A DNA stretch of 64,000 nucleotides from Parachlamydiales bacterium (lineage in GTDB: Bacteria > Chlamydiota > Chlamydiia > Chlamydiales > SM23-39), in assembly GCA_041661445.1 (NCBI GenBank), contig JBAZUK010000001.1, positions 258,027 to 322,026 on the forward strand, in the 5' to 3' direction. Shown here one piece after another: positions 18,609 to 27,927 of the stretch. The notes beneath the pieces are model-generated. The model did not search any database. It had not been told where the DNA came from and was given only the letters and a program-made list of their open reading frames with translations. The first letter of the stretch is position 1. Every line of letters starts with the position of its first letter. The position numbers and the translations under genes are program-made.

Positions 18609-19031
18609 TAATTACCTCCTAAAAATTATTGTAATTTATAATAAAAGTAGCAGATATTATATCTTGAGACCTATTTATGTAAAGAAAAGTTAGGCATTTC
18701 TAAATTTTTTTTTAATAAATTTAAAATTTAAGAAAAAAAATAATGCATAAGAAATTAAATGAACAAAAATTTGATTGATTAAAAAAGATCTGAAAAAAAT
18801 GAAAAAATACGATTTTTGGCTTAAGAAACAGATATCGGATCATTATAACTGCAGATTTTTCTAAAAAGTTAAAAATCTGTAAAAAATAATTTTTGTTGAT
18901 TTTTTGAAAAGATGGGCATTAAGTTTACTTGAATTAAATATATAAATAATTGGAAAATAGAATTTATGAATTATGAGGTTTTTTAAACACCAAAAATTTG
19001 AAAAAGCAAAAAAAATCAAAAAAGAGGTTAT

Positions 19032-19229
19032 ATGAAAAAAATGTTTATTTCATTAATTGCTTTATTAAGTTTTTTTTCTGTTAATTTTGTTATGGCAGAA
19101 CAAAGAAAAGATCTTCTTACCCGCGAGTGCGAAAAGTTTATTGAAAAACAGATAGAAAGGGAAAAGAAACAAAAAGAAGAACAGCAGGAACATTCTGAAG
19201 ATGATGTAGAAGATCAAGACGAAGAGTAA
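19032..19229 (+). CDS. small secreted acidic protein (hypothetical)
   Basis: Signal peptide 'MKKMFISLIALLSFFSVNFVMA', then a charged tail rich in E, K and D. AGAGG SD. Confidence 0.4.
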   Translation: MKKMFISLIALLSFFSVNFVMAEQRKDLLTRECEKFIEKQIEREKKQKEEQQEHSEDDVEDQDEE

Positions 19230-19359
19230 TGTTTAACAAGCTTTAAAAAATATTTAAAGCTTTGGTTTAAAAGCTGCTTGGAAAGCATTTTAATAAAAAG
19301 AAATGCTGGCCTCGTAAATTTTATAATATTTTTAATTATCCGGTTTTTAAGGTGGAAAG

Positions 19360-20455
19360 ATGGTTTATAATATCAGTGAAAAGATGTTGGAGTTCTCCAA
19401 AAGAATTGAAGATATGCAGAGGTATCTTTGACATCGATAATAAAAAAAATGAATTAAATCTTTTTGAAAGCCAGATGTCCAAGCCGAGTTTTTGGGATGA
19501 TCAGGCCGAGGCTCAGAAAATTGTTCAAAAAGTTAATTCCCTTAAATCCTGGACTTCGCCGTTTGATGAAATAAAAATTAATTTTATCGCACTTAAAGAA
19601 TTCATAGATGAAGCAACGGCTCAAAAAGATGAAACTTTATTAAATGAACTGACAGTTGAAATCGAAAATCTTGAAAAAAAATTAGGCGAGCTTGAAGTTA
19701 AAAAAATGCTTTCTTCAGAAATGGATGAAAAAAGCTGTTTCTTATCTATCAACGCAGGAGCAGGGGGAACTGAATCCTGTGATTGGGTATTGATACTTAG
19801 CAGAATGTATGAACGATATGCGGTAAGACACAATTGGAAAATATTTGTTATCGATAAAGTCATGGGTGAGGTTGCAGGAATAAAAAGCATCACAATGAAG
19901 TTTGAAGGGCAGTTTGCTTATGGTCTTTGCAAGTCCGAGAAAGGGGTTCATAGGCTTGTCCGGATCTCTCCTTTTGATGCCAATAAGAGAAGACATACAA
20001 GTTTTGCTTCAGTTGATGTAACTCCGATTATTGACGATAATATTGACATCGAGATAAGACCACAAGATATCAGGGTAGATACCTTCCGCTCTTCAGGAGC
20101 AGGAGGACAGCATGTTAACGTTACTGATTCTGCGGTAAGGATTACGCATATTCCTACAAATATTGCAGTTTCGTGTCAAAGCGAAAGATCTCAGGTGCAA
20201 AATAAACAGACTTGTATGGAAATGCTAAAATCGAAATTATATGAAATAGAAATTGCACAAAGAGAAGAAAAGGTAAACAAACTGGGCGGGGAAAAAAAGA
20301 AAATCGAATGGGGATCTCAGATTAGAAGTTATGTTTTTCAGCCCTATACTCTGGTAAAAGACTCAAGAACAAAATATGAAACTTTCAATGTAGCTGCTGT
20401 TTTAGATGGCGAAATTGATGGTTTTGTTAGTGCATATCTAAAGGAATTTTCATGA
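19360..20455 (+). CDS. prfB: peptide chain release factor 2, requiring a +1 programmed frameshift (19360..19428 joined to 19430..20455)
   Basis: Frame 0 'MVYNISEKMLEFSKRIEDMQRYL' ends at CTT TGA C. The +1 frame continues 'DIDNKKNELNLFESQMSKPSFWDD...' through 'SPF' and 'GGQHVN' (GGQ motif). AAGGTGGA SD sits before the 19360 ATG. The track N-terminus 'MERWFIISVKRCW' is an artefact. Confidence 0.93.
19418..19432 (+). promoter_or_regulatory. RF2 autoregulatory +1 frameshift site
   Basis: AGAGG TAT CTT TGA C: an internal SD-like element, 3-nt spacer, slippery CTT, in-frame TGA and a following C. This is the same layout as the classical E. coli prfB site. Confidence 0.9.
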
Positions 20456-20949
20456 TGGATAAATTAGATATCCGGTATACGGAATTAAAGGATTTTGAAT
20501 ATCTTTTGACCTGGCTCAATGACCCGGATAATAATAAATGGTTCCCTTTTTCAACAAGTCAGGAGATCGAAGAAAGTGCAAAAAACTGGATAAATTTTTC
20601 AAGGTACAAGTCAAGTTTAACGGGCGTTGTCGATAATAAGGTATGCGCCATTGGGACTTTATTTTTAATGCCATATAGAAAACTTATTCATCATTGTATG
20701 TTTTATATGATAGTGGATAAAAAATACCGAAATCACGGAATCGGGTCAACTATGCTGAAAAATTTAATAAACCTTGGTCAAAATTATTTTAAACTGGAGT
20801 CAATATTTACCGAGGTATTTGAAAACTCTCCGATGATCCCTCTTCTGGAAAAATTTAAATTCAATCAATTTGCAAAACAGGAAAATTTTATAAAAATAGA
20901 TGATAATCATTATTTAGCGAGGATCCTTTTTGATATATGGTTCAAGTAA
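20452..20949 (+). CDS. GNAT family N-acetyltransferase
   Basis: Acetyl-CoA motif A 'KKYRNHGIGSTMLKNLI'. The start overlaps the prfB stop (ATGA). Confidence 0.75.
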   Translation: MMDKLDIRYTELKDFEYLLTWLNDPDNNKWFPFSTSQEIEESAKNWINFSRYKSSLTGVVDNKVCAIGTLFLMPYRKLIHHCMFYMIVDKKYRNHGIGSTMLKNLINLGQNYFKLESIFTEVFENSPMIPLLEKFKFNQFAKQENFIKIDDNHYLARILFDIWFK

Positions 20950-21437
20950 GAAATTTAAAAATCAGGCTGTCTGAACAAAGCGATGCTAAATATTTAACAA
21001 AATGGCTCTCTGATCCGGAGATTTTGAGATGGTTCCCGATGTGCAATGAGGCTGAGATAGAAGATGCCGTGAAAATCTGGATGAGCTATACAAAATATAA
21101 AGCTGTGATTACAGCAGTTTGCGATAATGTTCCCTGCGGTATAGCCAACTTGTATGTCCAATCATTAAAAAAGCTTTCGCATCAAAGCCTTTTTGCCATA
21201 ATTGTAGCAAAAGAATATAGGGGAGCAGGTGTAGGGACTGCGCTTATCAAAGAATTGATTCGTATGGGTAAAGAGGATTTTAAATTGGAGCTGCTGCATC
21301 TTGAGGTTTATGAAGGAAATCCGGCTCAGAGGCTTTATGAAAGGCTGGGATTTAAGGAATACGGCGTCCATAAAAAATTTCTAAAAGATTTAGATGGCAG
21401 GTATTACAATAAAATTCTGATGCAGAAAAAACTTTAA
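20937..21437 (+). CDS. GNAT family N-acetyltransferase (tandem paralogue)
   Basis: 'KEYRGAGVGTALIKELI'. It shares 'L..WL.DP....WFP' and 'FKLE.....V.E.N' with the upstream GNAT and overlaps it by 13 nt. Confidence 0.75.
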   Translation: MVQVRNLKIRLSEQSDAKYLTKWLSDPEILRWFPMCNEAEIEDAVKIWMSYTKYKAVITAVCDNVPCGIANLYVQSLKKLSHQSLFAIIVAKEYRGAGVGTALIKELIRMGKEDFKLELLHLEVYEGNPAQRLYERLGFKEYGVHKKFLKDLDGRYYNKILMQKKL

Positions 21438-21487
21438 TGTAATGTATTTTCTGACATAAATTTTCACCAGTTTTTTAACTAAAAGAT

Positions 21488-22159
21488 ATGGATCTTAAAA
21501 CTAAATTAGAAAACAGATTAAATTTAAAAGTAATTTTGAATTTTAAAGATTATAAATCTACTTATATAAAAATAGAAAAAAACAGATCCCAGATAAAAAT
21601 TTTTTTGCATAGATTATTTGAAAATTCCCCAGAAGAAATAAATGAGGCCATTGTTAAATACTGCACGGAAAGACATACAGATGCCCATAGGATCCTTAAA
21701 ACATATGCAAATGAATACTTTTCTAAAATAGACAATTCCCACAAGCTGGACAGACAAAAATTAATAACCTGCGGCACATGTTTTGATTTAAAACAGATTT
21801 ATGATAATTTAAATATTTTCTATTTTGAGGATAAACTTAATTTAAATATTACATGGTTTGAAAAACCGAAGTATGTAAAATTCTCTCATTTTACTTTTGG
21901 TACTTATAATAAAACCTTGAAATTAATAAAAATAAATAAGCTTATGGATAATTTAAATTTTCCTTTTTATTTTATAAATTATATAGTCTATCATGAAATG
22001 CTACATAGCGTATGCGAAGAGAAAATAACTTTAAATGGACAAAGATTAATACATACAAAAGAGTTTAAAAGACTCGAGCAGAAGTTCGCTTATTATAAAG
22101 AAGCTTTAGCTTTTGAAAAAATATTTTTAAAAAAGGGCAGGAAGTATGTCAGGTCATAG
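21488..22159 (+). CDS. DUF45/SprT-like putative zinc metallopeptidase
   Basis: 'FGTYNKTLKLIKINKLM....INYIVYHEMLHSV' carries an HExxH motif in the context typical of YgjP/DUF45 proteins. Assignment by motif only. Confidence 0.5.
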   Translation: MDLKTKLENRLNLKVILNFKDYKSTYIKIEKNRSQIKIFLHRLFENSPEEINEAIVKYCTERHTDAHRILKTYANEYFSKIDNSHKLDRQKLITCGTCFDLKQIYDNLNIFYFEDKLNLNITWFEKPKYVKFSHFTFGTYNKTLKLIKINKLMDNLNFPFYFINYIVYHEMLHSVCEEKITLNGQRLIHTKEFKRLEQKFAYYKEALAFEKIFLKKGRKYVRS

Positions 22160-22850
22160 TAAATGGGCAAATATAAAACACAGAAAAGAAAGGTCGGATA
22201 AAAAAAAGGGAAAGCTTTTTTCCAGGATTGCAAAAGAAATTATAACTGCTGTAAAACAAGGCGGAAGCGACCCTAAAAGCAACAGTAAGCTAAAAATTAT
22301 TATTCAAAAAGCTAAAGATGCCAATTTACCAAATGATATTTTGGAAAGAAATATCAAGAAAGCCTCATCTAAGGAACAGGCAGATTATTTTGAAATGATG
22401 TATGAGCTTTATGGATATGGCGGTGTAGGTTTAATAGTCGAAATAATGACTGATAATAAAAATAGGATTTCTTCTGATATCCGAATTGCAACCAATAAAT
22501 GCGGAGGGACTCTTGCAACTCCTGGAAGCGTAGCATTTAATTTCAAAAGAAAAGGAATTATCAAAGTTGAGAAAAAAAATGCTAATGAAGATGAGCTTTT
22601 TATGCTGGCATCTGAACTGGGAGCTGAAGATTTTCAGGTGGATGAAGAATATTTTACAATAAGTACTAAAGTTGAAGATTTACATAAAATTAAAGAAGGC
22701 ATAAATCTTAATTGTGAAGCAACAATCGAGATGATTCCGAATAGTTTAATTGAATGTTCGGATGAAGATACTGATTCTAATATCAAACTGATTGAATATT
22801 TGGAAAATCTAGATGATGTTGACGTTGTATATCATAATATGTCGGTATAA
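22146..22850 (+). CDS. yebC: YebC/PmpR family DNA-binding transcriptional regulator
   Basis: Signature N-terminus 'MSGHSKWANIKHRKERSDKKKGKLFSRIAKEI', 234 aa. Confidence 0.92.
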   Translation: MSGHSKWANIKHRKERSDKKKGKLFSRIAKEIITAVKQGGSDPKSNSKLKIIIQKAKDANLPNDILERNIKKASSKEQADYFEMMYELYGYGGVGLIVEIMTDNKNRISSDIRIATNKCGGTLATPGSVAFNFKRKGIIKVEKKNANEDELFMLASELGAEDFQVDEEYFTISTKVEDLHKIKEGINLNCEATIEMIPNSLIECSDEDTDSNIKLIEYLENLDDVDVVYHNMSV

Positions 22851-22860
22851 TTTGGTTTTT

Positions 22861-24087
22861 ATGAAAAAAATATTTTTTCTTTTAATGTTTATATTTGCCT
22901 TAAAAGCAAGTGCTATTGAAAAAGTTGAGCTCGGCGTAGATGTTTTTTTCGCTTCCGATGCCTCAATAAAATTAAAAGATAAAAAAATAGCTCTTTTTAT
23001 TAACCAGACAAGTGTTAATAAAGACCTCAAATCTACTTTTGATCTTTTCTTGGAAAATGCAAAGGATTTTAAAACAACAAAAATTTTTACGCCCGAACAT
23101 GGGTTGAACGGCGCTTTTTATGCCGGTGAGAATGTAGATAATTCAAAAAGAGAAGATATTGAGGTTTTATCTTTGCACGGAAAATATAAAAGACCCTCTA
23201 AGGAAATGCTTAAAGATGTTAATGTGATTATTTGCGATATCCAGGAAATCGGATGCCGATCCTATACATATGCAACTACTTTATTTTACATCATGGAAGA
23301 AGCTGCTAAAAATGATATTGAAGTGATAATTTTTGACAGACCAAACCCTATAAACGGTATTATCTGCGACGGCCCTATGTTAGATGAAGAATATAGATCG
23401 TTTCTGGGATATGTTAATGTCCCTTATTGTCATGGAATGACAATAGGCGAGCTGGCATTGTATTTTAACTCTGAATATAAAACAAACTGCAAGCTTGAAG
23501 TAATATCCATGAAGGGCTGGAAAAGGGAAATGAGCTTTGAAGATACTGAGCTTAACTGGATTCCGACTTCTCCGAATATCCCGGAAGCCAGCACTGCCGC
23601 TTTTTATGCTACAACAGGAATCCTCGGTGAGTTAAAACTGGTCAATATCGGAGTAGGTTATACCCTGCCATTTAAAATCGTCGGGGCGCCTTGGATAGAG
23701 GGTGAAAAATTTTGTAAAAGTTTAAATGCTCAAAATCTTGTCGGAGTGAAATTTATCCCATATTTTTTCAAACCTTTTTACGGCCCATATAAAGATAAGA
23801 ACTGTCAGGGTGTTAAGATATTAATAACTGATAAATTAAAATATAGGCCATCTGCCTGCGGATATCTAATCTTAGGAATGCTCAAATCTTTATATCCGAA
23901 AATGATAAAAGACAAATTAAAAAGCTTGTCGGAAGAAAAGATTTTGACTTTCTGCAAGGTCAACGGCAATAAAGAGATATATAATTTTCTTGTCAATGAA
24001 CAATATCCTGCCTGGAAAATGATCGAATTTCAAGCTGACAAAGTTAAAGAATTTCAGAACATAAAGAAAAAATATCTTTTATATTAG
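22861..24087 (+). CDS. DUF1343 family protein (NamZ/YbbC-like exo-beta-N-acetylmuramidase), secreted
   Basis: 'IALFINQTSVN' and 'IFTPEHGLNGAF' family motifs. Signal peptide 'MKKIFFLLMFIFALKASA' from the ATG at 22861. The track extends to 22813 inside yebC. Confidence 0.75.
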   Translation: MKKIFFLLMFIFALKASAIEKVELGVDVFFASDASIKLKDKKIALFINQTSVNKDLKSTFDLFLENAKDFKTTKIFTPEHGLNGAFYAGENVDNSKREDIEVLSLHGKYKRPSKEMLKDVNVIICDIQEIGCRSYTYATTLFYIMEEAAKNDIEVIIFDRPNPINGIICDGPMLDEEYRSFLGYVNVPYCHGMTIGELALYFNSEYKTNCKLEVISMKGWKREMSFEDTELNWIPTSPNIPEASTAAFYATTGILGELKLVNIGVGYTLPFKIVGAPWIEGEKFCKSLNAQNLVGVKFIPYFFKPFYGPYKDKNCQGVKILITDKLKYRPSACGYLILGMLKSLYPKMIKDKLKSLSEEKILTFCKVNGNKEIYNFLVNEQYPAWKMIEFQADKVKEFQNIKKKYLLY

Positions 24088-24290
24088 AATTTTTTTTTAT
24101 AATTAAATAACCAATAGTTTGTCTGCATTTCGAATCCAAGATAAATAAAAATAAATTTAAAAAAAATAAAAATGGAATTTTCTGGCAGTTTCTGTAATTA
24201 AAATACTAATATTTTTTTTTATTCTTTAAATAAAATTAATAATATTTATAATACTTCTTAATAAAAATTATCATGTTGTTGAGGGGATAA

Positions 24291-27200
24291 ATGTCGAGTA
24301 TTTCGGTTATAAGAAATAAGTTTCATCTAACATCAAATAATAATGGGTCTGTTTCAGTCCAGCAATCTATTGGCTCGGACCTTCAAGCTTTCAGTGACTT
24401 AAAAAACTCTAATGGGATGGTTAAAAATGACAGCGTGGTGGGATTTAAGGCAAAGTTTAGCGAAATAGCCGGTAAAATTAATTATCGGATTGCATCGGTC
24501 TTTGAATCTTTATTTCCTAAAGATTCCAAAGCAGAACTCCTTTTTGAAAAACTAAAAACATCCCATCAGCTTGTGATTGATGTAAAAGAGGGAAATATAC
24601 TGCTTGAATATGAAGAAAAAGAAGATTCCTGTCAGTTCGGCATGGTAGCTCCTTTAGGAAAAGTTCAATTTTTTTCTTCATCAGACAAACAAGAGTTGAA
24701 AGAAAAAATTTACAAGTACCTGCAGGTTGTAGTTGATAGGCCATATGCCATATATGAAAATCAGATAAAAAATGCATGGGGAGAAGATCAGAAAGAATTT
24801 GAAACTTTTAAAAAGAGCTTAACGAACAAAGGTTTGTTAATTTTTGAAGATGATTCAGTGACATTTTATAAAGATAAAAATAAATCTTCCTTAGTAACTT
24901 TTGAAGGAGCGGATAAAGATCGAAAGCTGGACTTGTATCTAAAATGGCTTTATGAGTACGGACCTGATGAAGTAATTGCTGAAAATATTAACAAAAAAAA
25001 GCTCAGCACTTTTGAGAAAATGGTTTTAGGTTTTATCGGAACAACAGTATTAACCGGCGTCCTTATGGTTCCATATAAAGCGGCTATCGGAAGACTTGCT
25101 CTTTTCCGAAATTCAATTGGACAGAATAATGTTCTTTGCAATGTCGGATTAGTTGCAAGCAGTTTATTCGTCTTAAGGAATCCGAACAATAAAGAAATGT
25201 GTATAGGAATGGTTGCTCTTTCATGTTTACCGATTGCTAGAGGTGAAATTGTAGTAAAAAATCCTGTTCCTGACCAAAAAGTTCTAGTGAACCAGCCTTT
25301 TTCTTTAAACATTGATCTTAATTCAATTTTTACCCAGACAAATCCTGATTTAACTCTAGATTTATCTTTGAGTGTAAATAATAATGCTACTTTGCCCACC
25401 TGGATGAATCTCAAAGCGACCCCGGAGCTTGTTAGCTTATTGGGAAATTTCGCAGCAAGTGCGATTGATGTAGAAGGGAATAGAGCTTATCTTGCCGGAG
25501 ATAGGCGAGGTGTTGGAATTGTTGATATCTCTTCTAAAAAACCTAATTTGCAGGGGATGATACCGGTTTTTGATTCTAATGGGGTAGATGCGGTAAATTA
25601 TATAGTTTATATAACAGATTTAAAAAAGGGACTAGTGATTGCAGATGCATCGGATGCTAAAAATGCAACTGTTCTCAGTTCGATTTTGTCTAACGGAAAT
25701 GGTGTTTGGGTCAGAGACAATATAGCTTATGTAGCAGATGAAGATTTTGCAGCACTGGATGTATCAGATTTAAAAAAACCGGTAGTTTTAGGGCTCATCA
25801 GCTCTCACGGCGCCCAGAAACCTTTCCTTCTTGATGACAAAGCTTATATTCCTTCTAAAGATGTAGGGTTGGATATTATAAAAATAACCGATCCGCAGGA
25901 TCTCCAGCGTCTTGGGACTTTGATAGGCATCAGAGATATCAATAGCGTTTTTGTTGCAAAAAACTTAAGAGCTTATTTAACAGCCTTAAGCCATGGATTG
26001 ATAGTTGCTGATGTGTCAAACCCTGCCAAACAGTTTGTCGTTTTGGAATACGGTTCGAATGTTTATAGCGCTGTTGTTTCTGGAAAGAAGGTATATCTAA
26101 TTAAAAAAGATGGTTTAGAAATTTTAGATATTTCAGAGGATGATAAAGTAAAATCATTGGGAATGCTTGAAATGAATAACGGCTATGATCTTAAATTAAG
26201 AGGAGACCAAGCCTTTGTAGCAGATAATGTTAATGGACTTGATATTGTTGATATCTATAAATGGCATTTATCGGGCAGCCCATCCTGTTCTGATGGTTCT
26301 AAAACTTATCAGGTGAGCCTGCAGGTTAAAAATGATTTAGGTGAAAACGCAGTTAACTCTTTTGCAATTTCAATCCAAAATATAGATCCTTGGGTAGCTC
26401 ATCCTATTGGTGACCAGCGTGTCCATATTGGAACCCAGTATAGTTTTCAGGTTCCCAAAAACACATTTGAAGGAGTTTGTTCAAAGAATTTTACTCTCAG
26501 CGCATTCCAAGAAGATGGAAAAGAATTACCTCCATGGCTTGAATTCGATCCGGTATTGAATATTCTAAAAGGGCGGCCGTCTAAGGAAGAGAGCATTGGA
26601 AAATTGCAAATAACTATCATGGCAACAGATGAAAACAAAAAAAGTGCTAAATGCAGTTTTGGGCTTGATGTTTTTAAAAACGGCATTCAAGTCAATGGAT
26701 CTATTCCTGATCAAAATACCTTTGTCAAAGGATGTTTTAAATATACTTTTGATTCAAAATTATTTATTGATGGAGATGAAGCTTCTTTAACTTATTCTGC
26801 TGCAGACCCCGATGGAAATCCTTTGAGCTGGGTGAAGTTTAATGCCGAATCAAGGACTTTTTCGGGAAATCCTCAAAAAAAGAATTTAGGAAAAACATTA
26901 ATCCGTTTATCTGCAAAAGATGACTACTCCCAGGCTTATGTTGATTTTGCAATAAAAGTTGCTGATAAAAAACCTCATCCGCCGGTAATAAACAAGGGCA
27001 TAAAAAATAGAAAATCAAAAGTTGGGGATCTTTTAGAATTTAAAATAGATGATGATGCTTTTTCAGATCCTGATAATTACAAATTAACTTATAACGCTTT
27101 TTTAAAAGATAAAAAACCATTACCTGATTGGCTGCATTTTATTATTGACACATGCACCTTTGAAGGTAAATCAACAAAATCTGGAATTTTAGAAATAATT

Positions 27201-27821
27201 GTTACTGCAACAGATCCTTTTGGACAGGAGGCTGATACTTCTTTCTCAATAACAATAGAAAATAAAAAGTCTGCTGCTGGCGAGGATATTTCTTTGGTAG
27301 GCTCAGCATTTGTGGGGTTAGGTGCAGCTGTTTCAGCAATATTCTATCGAGATAATCTAAAAACCTGGGTAAATAGAAAAAAATGTCGGGTAGAAACAGG
27401 TGAGGATTTTAATTATGAAATTGAAAGGCTGAAAGCCGAAGATGTTGGATCTATCAAAGTATTCAAGACAAATGATAAAAAATCTAAAGCCCAAAGTATT
27501 TTGTCATTGTTCAGAAATGATTGGGAAGATGTAGATGAAGAAGAGTGGAGTGAATGGCTTGAGCATGAAGAATTTTCAAATCAATTTAGAACTAAAGAGA
27601 AAGTGACAGCCGATCGTATTGGAAAATATAAAATAACATTTTTTGATAAACATAAAAAACCTAAAGAAGAAATTATTTTAGATGTACAGGAACCTTCTAT
27701 TCCATTTAACAGAGATTACAGAGATTATGGATCAACTGGAGATTCGATTTTGCTGACCAGATATGATAACAGCAATGCAAAGATGGTTACTTATGAAGAT
27801 GATGAGGATGATCAGGTTTAG
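24291..27821 (+). CDS. large mosaic membrane protein: N-terminal domain, multi-lobed hydrophobic block, cadherin-like (dystroglycan-type/He_PIG) domains x4, LVIVD-type beta-propeller repeats x7, C-terminal TM and acidic tail
   Basis: Hydrophobic block at about 25020-25245. LVIVD-like 'GVGIVDIS, GLVIADAS, GLDIIKIT, GLIVADVS, GLEILDIS, GLDIVDIY'. Cadherin-like 'LPTWMNLK', 'LPPWLEFDPVLNILKGRP', 'PLSWVKFNAESRTFSGNP', 'LPDWLHFIIDTCTFEGKS'. TM 'LVGSAFVGLGAAVSAIFY'. Confidence 0.7.
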   Translation: MSSISVIRNKFHLTSNNNGSVSVQQSIGSDLQAFSDLKNSNGMVKNDSVVGFKAKFSEIAGKINYRIASVFESLFPKDSKAELLFEKLKTSHQLVIDVKEGNILLEYEEKEDSCQFGMVAPLGKVQFFSSSDKQELKEKIYKYLQVVVDRPYAIYENQIKNAWGEDQKEFETFKKSLTNKGLLIFEDDSVTFYKDKNKSSLVTFEGADKDRKLDLYLKWLYEYGPDEVIAENINKKKLSTFEKMVLGFIGTTVLTGVLMVPYKAAIGRLALFRNSIGQNNVLCNVGLVASSLFVLRNPNNKEMCIGMVALSCLPIARGEIVVKNPVPDQKVLVNQPFSLNIDLNSIFTQTNPDLTLDLSLSVNNNATLPTWMNLKATPELVSLLGNFAASAIDVEGNRAYLAGDRRGVGIVDISSKKPNLQGMIPVFDSNGVDAVNYIVYITDLKKGLVIADASDAKNATVLSSILSNGNGVWVRDNIAYVADEDFAALDVSDLKKPVVLGLISSHGAQKPFLLDDKAYIPSKDVGLDIIKITDPQDLQRLGTLIGIRDINSVFVAKNLRAYLTALSHGLIVADVSNPAKQFVVLEYGSNVYSAVVSGKKVYLIKKDGLEILDISEDDKVKSLGMLEMNNGYDLKLRGDQAFVADNVNGLDIVDIYKWHLSGSPSCSDGSKTYQVSLQVKNDLGENAVNSFAISIQNIDPWVAHPIGDQRVHIGTQYSFQVPKNTFEGVCSKNFTLSAFQEDGKELPPWLEFDPVLNILKGRPSKEESIGKLQITIMATDENKKSAKCSFGLDVFKNGIQVNGSIPDQNTFVKGCFKYTFDSKLFIDGDEASLTYSAADPDGNPLSWVKFNAESRTFSGNPQKKNLGKTLIRLSAKDDYSQAYVDFAIKVADKKPHPPVINKGIKNRKSKVGDLLEFKIDDDAFSDPDNYKLTYNAFLKDKKPLPDWLHFIIDTCTFEGKSTKSGILEIIVTATDPFGQEADTSFSITIENKKSAAGEDISLVGSAFVGLGAAVSAIFYRDNLKTWVNRKKCRVETGEDFNYEIERLKAEDVGSIKVFKTNDKKSKAQSILSLFRNDWEDVDEEEWSEWLEHEEFSNQFRTKEKVTADRIGKYKITFFDKHKKPKEEIILDVQEPSIPFNRDYRDYGSTGDSILLTRYDNSNAKMVTYEDDEDDQV

Positions 27822-27829
27822 ATATAAGC

Positions 27830-27852
27830 AAGCCTACTTGATAAGTAGGCTT
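27830..27852 (+). terminator. intrinsic terminator (perfect 10-bp stem, 3-nt loop, T-run)
   Basis: AAGCCTACTT-GAT-AAGTAGGCTT followed by TTCTT, 9 nt after the stop of the 24291-27821 gene. Confidence 0.7.
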
Positions 27853-27927
27853 TTCTTAAGATAGTTCAATATCAATTAATACCTTGTTTAATCCAAGCTG
27901 AATTGCGATTATTTCTAGCTTAAGAGA

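Noticed and set aside
18851-18878. Hairpin CAGATTTTT-(10 nt)-AAAAATCTG in the 423-bp spacer between 18608 and 19032, considered as a small RNA or terminator.
   Set aside because: The stem is almost pure A/T, is not adjacent to a gene 3' end, and shows no promoter or terminator context I can support.
24129-24137. TTCGAATCC, a tRNA T-loop-like string, in the intergenic region after the DUF1343 gene.
   Set aside because: The flanking sequence cannot form a T-stem, an acceptor stem or the other arms. No tRNA can be folded.
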